NCBI GenBank assembly: GCA_965153455.1
Contig: OZ234493.1
Location: 24,914,213 to 24,978,212, forward strand
From: Sphagnum compactum
Lineage: Eukaryota
Direction: 5' to 3'
Length of the DNA: 64,000 bases
In this document: positions 13,401-25,349 of the stretch, piece by piece
Numbering within the stretch: position 1 is the stretch's first letter
Layout: each line of letters opens with the position of its first letter
Notes under the pieces: model-generated
Database searches by the model: none
What the model was told of the DNA's origin: nothing
What the model saw: only the letters and a program-made list of their open reading frames with translations
Made by a program: the position numbers and the translations under genes

Positions 13401-16400
13401 GCCAATGTGACCACTATCCTGCCTACTGAGTTTCTGTTGCAAAGCAATAGGAAGACTTGGGCATGATATTGGCTAGCAACATTGATTTGAGCCCTGAAAG
13501 GTCACTGAACAGAACACTAAGTATAAAGAGATTTCTGATTTTGGAACACTATGACCCAGGTTTTAGACATAGAGTTGCACACCTGAAATGGACGTAGATG
13601 TCCATGTTTGACTGCCAAAGAACTGGCCTGCTGCACAGGTTTAACATGTGTTACCCTCTCAATAGTTGTCTTAGGAGATGCTGCCCCACCCATTGCTCGC
13701 ACCTTCCCACCCCACACCACAGCAAAACACAACTGAATTTAAGTGCCAAGAACATTTCACCCCACACCCTGCATCTGGATGTTGTTCACCACAAGGACAG
13801 AAAGTTTGGAGAAAACATGTTTCTCAATACACATCCTACCAACACAACATGGCATCTCTTTCCCTGCTACCTTCCTTGCTTTCTCCTGAAAGGATGTATA
13901 CCAGAGGTGTCACTTGCTCCCCAGCCCAATGACCTCTATTCCCACAACAATAACTAGGAAGTTCTCAACCTCCTAAAGAAGAGTTACCATGTCCATAGAG
14001 TCTCTCCTCCTTCTTGCAGGTGATGGTGCTCCAACTGCTGAGTCTGATGGCACTGGTCGTCTTGGAGGAGTAGCCAGACCTGCAGTCCCTGAATCAAGCC
14101 TTAAGGATGGAGAATAGCTCAGTCGATGCCGAGCATGAGGACTTGGAATGGCCCCACTTGAAAATGGTTGTATTCGAAACTTTCTGCTCTCATCTGGAGA
14201 TATGCCAACAGATTTCAGGATTTTTGAAGCTGTTGCAGGCTGCGTAGAAATGTTTAAAGCTTCCATTTGCTGTGCAACTTCCTGCGCAAGATGATCAGCT
14301 GATGCCAGAAGCCCATTCACAGTGTTGTAGAGGTTCTGCAATGACTGGCCTCGTCTGGTAGGCATGACAAACTAGCACACTGTGAGAAATAACATGCTTT
14401 TGGTAATGTCCCTCCCACAAACACCAAGACAGTTCCTAGATGACATGCACAGCAGGCACGGTCCTCATGCATCAAATGCCAATGTAATGAATTGGTCAGA
14501 AATTTGACAGAGAATTGAAAGAACTCAAGTGCTGTCAAGCACAAGGATAAGCTATGCAAACCACTTTTACAAGGTAGAACTCACCCCAAGCTTTCCTGAC
14601 AGTCATAGTTTGTCTTCCTTCCTTTGGAGGTTGCATGGGACCTTCGACGACTAAGTTCAAGATAGTGGACATGCTCTTCTAGCTCAGCTATCTGTTGCTT
14701 CAAAACCTGAGTGACTCACAAAAATCACAGTTAAATCAGCTTGTTGCTAACATAAGGAAACCCTTCAGACACTACCTGTTCCCTCCAAGCATTCATTTGT
14801 GGACAGAAAGACTACAGATAGTCCAGAAGGACAACAAAGATCTTTGATTTGCACTTTAAATGACTTAAATCATCCTACAGAAGTCCACCCACTGGAATGG
14901 TGATGAGATGATGATGACCCAATGCTATAGAAGAGTAAGGCAACAAATCAAGGAGTTTCTGGGGATGTGGTACATGTCTTCATGCAGGATATTTAGATGC
15001 AGCATATCTCAGATATCTGACAATGGTCATGCCACTTGAGTTTATTCCATTCGCCATTATACCTGTTCAGCCTTGATGACCCGTTTGCGTTTCACATCCA
15101 AATCCGGTGGCAGCTTCCTTCGGCTCCATAGCTCTTGGTGGCGAGTGTCTGTAGCTTGCCCAGCCAAGCTCTGAACATAGATGCGCCATGCATCAACTGT
15201 TTTGGACACCCTGCCATATCAGTATGCAACTTCACCATCCTATTCTACAATCAGGTTCCAGAATTCAACCAGTCAGGTAATCAAGCAACAGCTAAGAATC
15301 TGGGGTGGCTAAGTAGCTCAATCATCATGAGTTTTCCGATACAATTTACTACAGTATACTAAGCACTGCTTAAGTAAAGCAGTTCAAATTGCCACTGCAC
15401 AAAGAAGAAACTGCATCAGAAACTATGGCTCCAAACCTCACCATATCCTCACCCCAAAAACTACACTTACGATTTCATACATTTTCTTTTCAAGAACAAG
15501 CAAGTGACAATACTCTTTGAGCAAGGAGAACCAAAATTGCCAAAGCTGCTCCATCCGGAGAGTGTCTTGAAGCAGAAGTACCTCGCAAGCATTCATCTCG
15601 CAGGTTCTCAATGCCCTTCCTCTGCTCTTCAACACTTTCCTGCACCAATAATGCACACAATGATGCAATATGACATTGTGTCTCCAAGAAACTTGTCCTA
15701 CTACACAATGCTCACTCAGACTACACACTACATTCCTGGTCAAACTTGCTTTCAAACAATTACACAACTACAAGAAGATTTACAAAATTTTGTAAATAGA
15801 ACTATTTCTATTTCTTATAGGAATTGAGATTAAAAAAAAAAAATTTAAATTCTTATTCAACGGGTTAACACAAAAGAGAAGATCCAAGAGGGTACCTTGA
15901 CATTCTTACAGCTTTCAGCAAGGTTGCGGATGCCAAACTCAAGCTCATCCAAAGACTGCTTTGTGAAAGATGGGGGTGGATTACGAATGCTCTTTTGGCT
16001 CCTCCCTTCAATGTATGCCATCAAACTATCCACTTCATCTGCCATTTGCTTCACCTGCAGATATAAATGTGATTTAAGATATTTATTATGAATGTGAACA
16101 TGGAGAGTGAGGTGGAAACATTGGCATTTCAACCCTGTCCACTATTGTCTTACTGGACTAGTATCAATGTGAATTCATGGAGGAGGGCTATACAGAAATT
16201 TGCAAAGAGTATGAAGCTGATGACCTGAGATCATCTGTCTAAGATGACAGCAAGGGCTTAATGATCTGCCCAGCTTGCAAATAAATGACAGCCAAAATCT
16301 CCACAACCACTTCGCAAATCAGACGAGCCAAACAGGTGGAGATGATTGCTAACCTTCTCCAGCTCTAGAATGAAGGCCTCCATTTCAGTACCACCAGATT

Positions 16401-19400
16401 GCTGGGCTGGAGTCACTGTAACAGGCGGGGCTGTCATGGTTGTGGCAGTTTTCACCCCAGTACTACTTGTCTTTGTAAACCCTGTCTGAGACCCTCGATC
16501 TAATTGTGGAAATTGTTGCGAGAAAACGGTTGCTGTAGAGGGCATGTGAGCTCTATTACCTTTCTCACTACCTGCATGTCCAGATAAACCAGGAGCTGGT
16601 GCTTGTGCAGGTCTTTGACCAGGAGTCCATGCAGCTGAGGATTTCTGAATGGTTGTGGATGGGGGCACCTGAACTACAGATCCACTAAAAGATTTCATCA
16701 AAAGAGTGGGTTGCTGAGGTGTTGATACTGTTGGTTGAATCTGATCAAGGCCAGATGGGGCACTCTTCACAGTACTGATGGCACTAGCATTGCTGGGTTT
16801 TGTAGTCATCAAGTTGCTCACTGTTGAGGTATTCGCTCCTTGCTGGCCCACTGTAGATGGTTTCTCATCTACCTTGTCGATTTTCTCATCTGACAAGCTT
16901 TTGCTTTGTGCCCTAACAGGCTTTAGCTCACCTGGTCTACCTGCATCATGTAAAAAAACTCCCCATAAAGGCTTGGCTGGATATACCCTTCCAATTCTTA
17001 TCCCAGCTTACATCCAATCACCAAATACTAAGACAAAGGTGCTGAAAACTGTCATGGAAGTTATATTCCAATTCACAAACACATTCTTGGCAACAGCTGG
17101 ACTGTGTCCTAAAATCTTTTGTCTCAAGTCCAAAGCTGTTGTTAAATCTATGTACATCTACCATAAGAAGAAAAATAAGCAAGAGGAGAGCATAAGTGAG
17201 CAACCTGCAGGTGAAATATTTTGTGATGCTTCATCATCTTCACTTCCATCATGGTCATCTTCATCTGTCCCACTACCAGAATAAACTGAAGTTTCGTCAT
17301 CACCCCTCTCGTCAGTTTCACTCTTAGCAGTCTGCACAATGTCAGTGAGTGCTTTGCTGGCAGGCTCCAATTTGAGAGGCTTAGTGGCAAGCTCAACAGA
17401 TGGTTTGGTTGGAGGTGCCTTTAGTTTACTGCTTGGAACTGCAGAAGGTGGGAATACAAGTTCTGTATTCATGCCATTCTGATCAAGCCTGCAAGATGAT
17501 CACACATGGCACCCCAGCTTGATGAATAATTAGTCTGGTAAAAGTATGTATGTTACAAACCTTTGGGGAGAGTAAAAGAAAAACCAAGTTGCATCCAAAC
17601 ACTGAGTAGGCACCTTTCTGCCTGCAGAACTAAAAGAAATGTAATACTAAGAAGATCCCATTGAAACTGCTCTGCTCTCCAAAATTCCTCGCTTCAGCAG
17701 TTACAGAGCACAAAAACATGCTACTGTATGACCTTTGTTTTCAGGTTGGACAGGCAATGGATTCAATGCAAAAAAAAATTGCTATGTTAGTCTCCTTTGA
17801 TTTTGGGTGCAAAGAGGAGACATACCTGGCAACTGAGAAGAGACTTAACTTCCCTCCAAGAGAAAGGCAGAGCAAGACAGGGCATGGAGGCAGTTTTGTA
17901 TCCCCACTGTCATCTCGAGGGTCTGTCAACTGCAAGTTGGTGGTTGTAAAATCAAAGGCTAGACCCAGTAACACATTGTCATCACCACTCTCTGTAAGCC
18001 AGAAATTCTTTGTCAGCATTGTCAGTTCCAAGAACTGGCATTGATTGTACAGAAGTTACACATGGAAATTGGAAGTATGTAAAGTCATCAAACCTTAATC
18101 ATTGTCACTACTGAGAACTGGCATTGCAGGTGCACAAGTTATGTTGGGAAATAGACAAAGCCATCAAATCTTAACCATTGATCTAGACACCTCGTAGCTC
18201 ACACCCCATCCAAACCAAGAAGCAAGTAATGTAGCAAATGATAACCTTGAAGCTCAATACGAGGAATCCAGGCGTCGTTGCTGAGTTCAATGTTGTATGC
18301 TTCCAGTTGAGCCCCTTCAGAAGACCATCCAATGATGACAATGTGATCATCAACACTGCGCCTGTTGGCAGCAACTGCCATCTTCCTGGAGGAACCAAGA
18401 CACCAGAGCTGAAACAAATCCAAAGGCCTTATTATATTTGTGTGGACAAAATTAGAACAAATTTTGATGGCAGTTCACCACTGTTACCATTCATCATAAT
18501 GTCAGTCATCAAGTATGGTCAATGACAATCAACTGCAAGAACCAGTGGCCCTCAAAGAAATTTCAACTTTGCAAACTTGAGAGATGTGCAGCCTTACCAA
18601 GGATCCACATACTGAGTGAGCATGTAAGGCCCACTCCCAGTTGGAATAACTACCGAGTCTGTGGAAGGAAATAGGTTTTCAAAGATCATCCCTTCCAGCC
18701 CCCCATCTTCCTGCAGTAGTCAACACAAGACCAACAATAGGCTTCAAGTTATGAGTAGACCACTTTGACCCACAGCCAGTTCAATCGACAAGTGCAGATA
18801 TATAGTGAATCTCCAATCCTCATTCCAATCTGTTGCCTGGACACCAGAGTGGATTAGAGCATTACCTGAGCAAGGTCTCCATTCTTCGATCTAAGGAGGA
18901 GAAGAGGGCAGTCATCCTCTTCTGCATCTTCACTGATGTGAATGTAGGAAACTAGCATGCTATCAGGACGAACCCAATTTATGCTTTCCACTGTCAAGAG
19001 GGACACACAAGATACTTAAAACATGCCAACCCCTAGGCACAATCAAACAATACTAAGCACAGTTGCATCAACACTATGTATCATTCACCAGCTGACTTAC
19101 AGCTCTGATAAAGCCAGAATTTTCCAGAAACTATCCTAGAATTAAATGACCATCCAGCCAAATTGCACACTTCCAAAGACAGTCATCAGCCTCAGCAACA
19201 GAAAACAATCACAATAACAAGCCCTGGGCAAATACTTCATCACTGTGCTGATTAACAAAAACTCGTATATTCATGTGGAGACTAGATGAGATATGGAAGA
19301 AGAACGGATAACTTTCAGCTGGCAAACAGACCATCTAAACTCTTCCAGTATCTAAGGAGAGCTTCAGATTTTAAACAAGCAATATATTCAAGAAAAGTTA

Positions 19401-20828
19401 TAAGCCTCCACTTACCTTTCAAACTAGGATCGTCTTCATCCTCATGGAGGTCAGCCGGAAGATCAACTGAAAATTCATTTTCAAGACTTGACGTGGCAAT
19501 GTGCAATGACCTGTCATCTGTGCTGTATGCAATGTGCTTCCCATCTGGACTCCAGCAAGCTGAAATTCAAACAACCATTGAAATGACAGAAGCGGGAATA
19601 TCAGATAAACATTGTTGCAAGATCAACATCTGCAGACCACCAACAATGCCAACCTCAGAAATCAAACATGTGGTTCTCTCTTGGCAACTACCCTAATCAT
19701 GCACTCCCACTTCCCACTTCAAATAGGCCAATGTCCAGGATACACATAATTGCAAAACAAAAGACAGAAAATTTTGACAAAAGAGGTGATGGGACAGACA
19801 CCTGCTTCAACTTTGCTTTCAACTAATTGTTCATAGTCCACACCAACTCCACCTCTGAAGAGCTGGCCTTCATGTGAGAGAACCAAGTAAACTCCTTCAT
19901 CAGCAGGACTCCAACTCAGATCCTTCACATCACCATCTGGAATGTCCTTTGTCTCGAAAGGGGACTTATCAAACTGCAACACATTAGCCAAGCCATAATG
20001 TCAGACACTAAGGGATCCGGATCCAACCTCATGGAAGTCACCACTTGTTGTGTCTATAAAAAGCTTATGCAGATTCTCTTATCGTCACATGTTGCATTCC
20101 ATGTGCTTGTTAGGGTTTATCTGCATGTGCCTGAAACCCTAAACCCTAAACCCCAAATTTGGCAGAACTGAAAGGTAGCAGCAAAGAGGTGAACTGACTT
20201 TGTGGACAAGGGAAGGAACATCGTAGAACTCTACAGCGCGATCGCCCACACAGACTGCAAGTGTAAGCTCATCTCTTGAGAGTGAGAGCGAGCGGACGTT
20301 CCGGACTGAGATAACAAGCTCACTCTCTTTCTCAGCCGTTCTATTGCCTCTGTCATTCTTTGATTGCTTGGCCAACTCCACCAATTTGGACGTCTTTGCA
20401 ACAGCGAACCCTGCCACCATCAACCAAAAAACAAAACACAAAACCTCAACACCTCCACTCAGCCTTGAACTCCTTAAGCTCCAGGTTCAATCACCCGTTA
20501 CTCTCACTAGCAGCAGAACAAACAATCCATTCATCGCTTCGTCATAACCCAGCAACAGTGCACAAAGAGCAAAATCGTGCAAGTTTACCAGGGCTAAAGC
20601 CATGAAGCAAGCAACAAATTCATGTAAGGAAAACATTATAAAAAAAAGAGAGTATAATATACCCTTGGCATGCACGAAGAAGGTAAGACCAAAGCGATTG
20701 GAGACAGCAAGAGCTCGTGCGGGGATCGAGTCAATGAAAGCTGGAGACTCCAACGTAAGGGAAATGTCATCACCGATCTTACGGAACACAAGGTCACGAG
20801 TCTCAGTAGGTGCGTGCCTGATATCCAT
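10455..20828 (-). CDS. NUP214: Nuclear pore complex protein NUP214 (N-terminal beta-propeller, central coiled coil, Ser/Pro-rich linker, C-terminal FG repeats); ~19 exons
   Basis: ATG at 20828 (MDIRHAPTETRDLVFRKIG...LAVSNRFGLTFFVH). Propeller exons include CWSPDGK, VESINWVRPDS, AANRRSVDDHIV, PRIELQESGDDNVLLG and LPPCPVLLCLSLGGKL. Coiled-coil exons lie at ~16350-14250. A 1.76-kb exon (12625-10866) carries EEDMEEE, GQLFRP and GQQALGSALGAFGQTRQMG. The last exon (10615-10455) ends FGG...LFTQMRK*, the plant NUP214 C-terminus. Splice phases are consistent. Confidence 0.93.
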
Positions 20829-21072
20829 AGCTGGCTGGCTGGCTTCCCTGCTGGTGGGTGTGCCACAAAATCACAAACTCACAACATGGGTGCGATGCAA
20901 GCAAGCAAGCAATTCAAAACTAACGAACTCAAAACAATTCCTCTCGGCAATCATACGTTTGTATATTTCTTTTCCTCTATTCTGCCACAATCTGCTTCCG
21001 AACACACACATTAGTCACGGAACAAAAACCTTCCTTCCTTAAGACAAACTGTATGCAAGGAAAAAGTTCCAG

Positions 21073-21290
21073 ATTTAGGGGTTTAGAGTTTTAGGGTTTT
21101 AGGGTTTTGGATTTAAGAAAACCCTAGGAATCAAGGGACACAGTTTCACAAATTCCTGAGTATTCTTAATTCTTTGGGTTTTCAAGTCGGTATTTTTAGG
21201 GTTAGGGTTCAAGGACACATGCTTTAGACATTCTTCTTGCATTATTTGAGGTTTCAATTGGATGTTTTAGGGTTAGGGTTTAAGACACTC
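21073..21290. repeat. Degenerate telomere-like (TTTAGGG/TTAGGG) repeats / telo-boxes upstream of NUP214
   Basis: TTTAGGGGTTTAGAGTTTTAGGGTTTTAGGGTTTT at 21073-21108, AAACCCTA at ~21119, and TTTTAGGGTTAGGGTT at ~21194 and ~21265. Confidence 0.75.
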
Positions 21291-21325
21291 TGTTTTTCAA
21301 ATTTTTGAATATTCTAAATAATTTA

Positions 21326-22010
21326 GAAAAAATGTATCAACTCAAAACTACTGCACAATACATATCACAATACACATAACATATCCCATTTTTTTAATTT
21401 TATTGTGAAAATTTCACAATTGCACAATCTCTAAATACTCGTTTTCTTAAATTACATTTTTGCAATGTCCTTACATACTCGTTTTTTAAAATTGTATTTT
21501 TACGATATTCTTGCAAATCCAAATCTATTAGCATCACACATTCTTTGCTTGAATGAAACAAAAATTTTAAAAACTTCAAACAAATAACAAGCAATATGTT
21601 ACAATATCGAAAATTTTCAATATCATCTCATGTTATTTATGAACATGAAATTATAGTACTATAGGACGAAATGGTAATTTTGACACAAACAAAATTTGTT
21701 AACAAATGTTGGTGCTAAATTTATTATTACATTTTTCAACAACAACACACGAGAAAACATTTTGTATTTAATTATAGTCTATAATCCACCTAAAATGTAA
21801 ATAAATTATTTTTGTTACATACTAGAAATCATTGTTAAACAAATGCCTCAAAATGTTCCAACGATTATTAGAGGAGAATTCAATGTTGATATCTTAACAG
21901 AAACATGTTAATACATGACATTACGATAACTTCATGAATGCACAAAAACTCAAACTTTTTTTCTTTGAATACACAACCATTAATAAAACACAGATAGACC
22001 ACATATCACC
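21326..22010 (+). mobile_element. Degenerate EEP (apurinic-like) endonuclease domain, Helentron/endonuclease-Helitron-like relic
   Basis: Manual translation across stops and frameshifts gives LHTRFLKLYFYDILANPNLLASHILCLNETK (21471-21563), IIVYNPPK (21771), PTIIRGEFNVDIL (21858-21896) and YTTINKTQIDHI (21969-22005). These match the ordered EEP motifs N-x-R-S-L, CLxET, YRPP, GDFN and DH. Confidence 0.72.
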
Positions 22011-23899
22011 CAACCTAAAAAGGTATTATGATACCTAACGCACGTCTTTTGAGCCTATTTATTTAACATGTTTTCCTTTCACATGAAAGATTTGACACAT
22101 ACACCTAATGATGAAGTGTGAATAACCATATGATAACATATAAGGGAATGAAAAAAGGAAAAAAAAAAAAAAGGAGTTTTGTTTAGTTTGGAATCTTACC
22201 CTTTGGGCAAGAGCATTACACCCATTTGATTAGAAATTTCATGGATTTAATCAAGGTAATTTAATCTCTATTTTATTTATTGTATTTATTTTCAAAGGTG
22301 TTATAATTTCAAACATAGGACTCAATTTCATTATAAGAAGGCAAAGAAAAAAGGGGGAAATAATTGAATATTTTCTAACACAATATTTTGCAAGTAAGTA
22401 TGTTGAAGGTTATAAATCAAAAGTTGACATGGTGGGTATTGTTAAAGGTTGAATGTTAGAAAATGAATTAAAAGTAGGTATTTGATTAATGTGTTATTCA
22501 CATAATACCAATCATCATGTTTAATATTTGTTGGTATTCAATTCCTTGTTACATTTCAAATTTATATCTTTAACTATATGCATTTGATAGCAATATAGAA
22601 AGTTTTCAATTTGCTTGATACCAATACCAAGCTGGTATTAAAATCTATAAGAAATTTTTATACCATTCCATTAAAATTATGATAAGCCATAATTACTAAT
22701 AAAATGTTCACAATGCAATAAGTTGAATGTCAAAGTAACCCACCTCCAAAACCAATTAAAGATTATGGTTGTTAGAAGGCCTTCGCACATGAACGCTTAT
22801 GCTTTTGTGTTCACTAATACCCTTGGCACAAATTGTTAGCAGATAAACTATACATTGACAAACTCAAAAACTTCAAGATCCTACTTTGCTTTTGTTGGGC
22901 AAGGTTATCGAGCGGATACATTTGAATAGCTAAGACTTAGATAGAATCGGTTAATTAGCGTAATTCTAAGTTAATTAAACATTTTATGTAAAATAACCTA
23001 GTTTTTAGCAAATTCTAAGTAGAATGAAAAATTAGTCAAACTTTAACTTAACTGAACATTCGAAACAGGAAATGCAAACTACACAATTTTGGACGGTTAA
23101 AGGATTTGAACCTTTACATTTTGACATTTGTAAAGTTATGAGAAGTATATCAAGGACAATTTTGGGGTATAAGCTAGATGTACATAAATAGGTAATCATT
23201 AGTAATTAGGGTTGGAAAGCTTCACAACTTTTAGGGTTAATTCCACCTTAAACCTTTTTCAGCTTTAAGTGGATTAATATGTAAAAAGGACACTGTTCTT
23301 GGGTGTCTCCTTATTGAATGGAAAATGACAAAAAAAAACAAGGGTGAAAATCATAAGAGAGTGAAGGAAGAAGCTTTAGAATAACTTGTTATCAAAGAGA
23401 GGAAAAGAGGTAGGATGGTGGCGGGTAGGAGGGACAATAGAGACAAGTAGGGAGGAAGGTGAGGGGGAGAGAGGAGGAAAGGGGATATAGGAGGAAACCC
23501 TTGTGACCTAAAAACAATGTTAAACATTTTCTACGGATGAAAGTAGAAAACCCTAATTCAGCTCTATGGCTGAACTTTTGGAGGCATGGTGTTTCAAGGA
23601 CGCTGAATAATTTATTTTCTTATTTTTCTATTTTTGGTTTGGCTTATTGTTTTGTAGGTTATTGTGGAATGATCTTGGTGAGCCGGTTTCAGTGATAGAG
23701 TGTGATCTTGGTTGCTCATTGGATACTATTTACGACTTGTGTGAATCACGAGTTTGGTACAAGATTGGTGTAGAGCTTTCAGGGGAGCGAGGGGAGCGAG
23801 GGGATGTGGAAAAGAAAAATATATATGAAGCTAGTTGAAGTGGAGGAGGTGGACTTTTGGCGAAGGGATGAAGCTAAGTTCCTAATTTTTATGATGATT

Positions 23900-25100
23900 A
23901 AGATGCTGATTTGGAATTGGATTGTAATCAGTTAGGGGTAGAAGTTGATATGGACTTCTTCCTCTCTTGAATCTTGACATTTAATCTTCCGTTGTGCCAT
24001 AAGCATCAAGAAAAGATTAAGAGGTCTATCATTTTCATGTTAGGGACCAACACAAGGGAAATGATGAGTGAGTCAAGGATTTCATGAATGGTTGTTGTGG
24101 CAGCATCATCTTTGACAGTTTGGGGGTCTTAATGTGAGTGTGCAATGTGGTCATTCTGAGAAAAAAGTACATGTTGGATAGTGGGAGCTCTGGGGATTTT
24201 GGAAACAAGGGGATATTATGAAGTGTATAAGATCACACTCACCTATTATGTTTTAAGTCTCTGTCCAGCTTTTGAAAGGAACCATGTGATGATGTCGGGA
24301 TTGTATTTGTTGGATTTCTATTGTTGAAGTATGAGCTGCCACTTTCATTAAACAACCAATTGGCTCCTTGAGAAGAAATCAAGAAAGATCCATTGAGGTC
24401 CATAGAACTAAGGTAATAAAATTTGGTGTCTGTAAGGATATAAATGTAGAAATAATACTTGTAATAACCTTCTTTTTGACTCAAGAAGATTTTACCAATT
24501 CCTATTGAGTCTGTATACCCAACATCAGGGATTTCCACAACAGAAATCATCTCCCTTTCTTTTTGGTGACACCCTCACAAAGGAAGGGAATCCTCTGTTT
24601 TTGTTGTACCAAGGTGACCTATTAATAAAACATTAGGGAAAAGGTTGTGGGAATGTTGTGCATAGTAGGAAGGAATCATTGCATGTTTGTTTTAATTTGA
24701 TCATGATGTAATTTAGTTTTAGTTAACCTTCATGGGAGCCAAAAAAGGAAAAAAAAAGAAAAAGATAATAAGAACTCCAAATTAGAATTAGATAGGAGGA
24801 TGAAGTTATAGGGCAAACAAGGTGTGGAATTAATAATGACAAATAAGGGGTCTGGAATTTGAACTCAGAGACATTATCAAATAATCCATATAATAGACCT
24901 TTGGTAAAATTTGATAATGGAAAAGAAAACAAACCCGCTAAAACTTAAGCATTTAAGTATATCTCAAAACTTAAGGTGTAATATTCTACTTAATAACCTT
25001 CATTGGCAAACAAGTTTTATTGCTCCTCCTCCACCATGTTTAAAGTCCTCTTTTTCACCCAAAGCCCTACCCTACTTCTTACCTTTCTTCACCTCTTATT
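23900..25100 (-). mobile_element. Possible highly decayed non-LTR (LINE ORF1-like) relic
   Basis: Broken coding-like stretches (FTKGLLYGLFDN, SIGIGKIF) and an eroded zinc-knuckle-like CTFFS/QNDHIAHS at ~24135-24175. No RT motifs seen; weak. Confidence 0.25.
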
Positions 25101-25349
25101 TTTTACCATTGCTTATTTAACAAATAAAGAAAAAATTCAACAAATTCAAAAACTTAAAATGACATTTTAATTAAAAATTTAAAATGACACACCATCTTTT
25201 TAACCCAAAATTATTGTTTTAAAACTATTAATTAGCTATCTGATTATCAATTAATTTTTTAATCCATGTTTTCATCAAAATATATATAAATAAATTATTT
25301 ATTTCATTTTATTATTATCATCCATCACCATAGCCCAGCCTAGATTCAT

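Noticed and set aside
18032-18180. Short intronic or intergenic duplications (18032-18180; 47213-47262 vs 47627-47675; 51582-51790)
   Set aside because: Ordinary diverged local duplications with no effect on reading frames.
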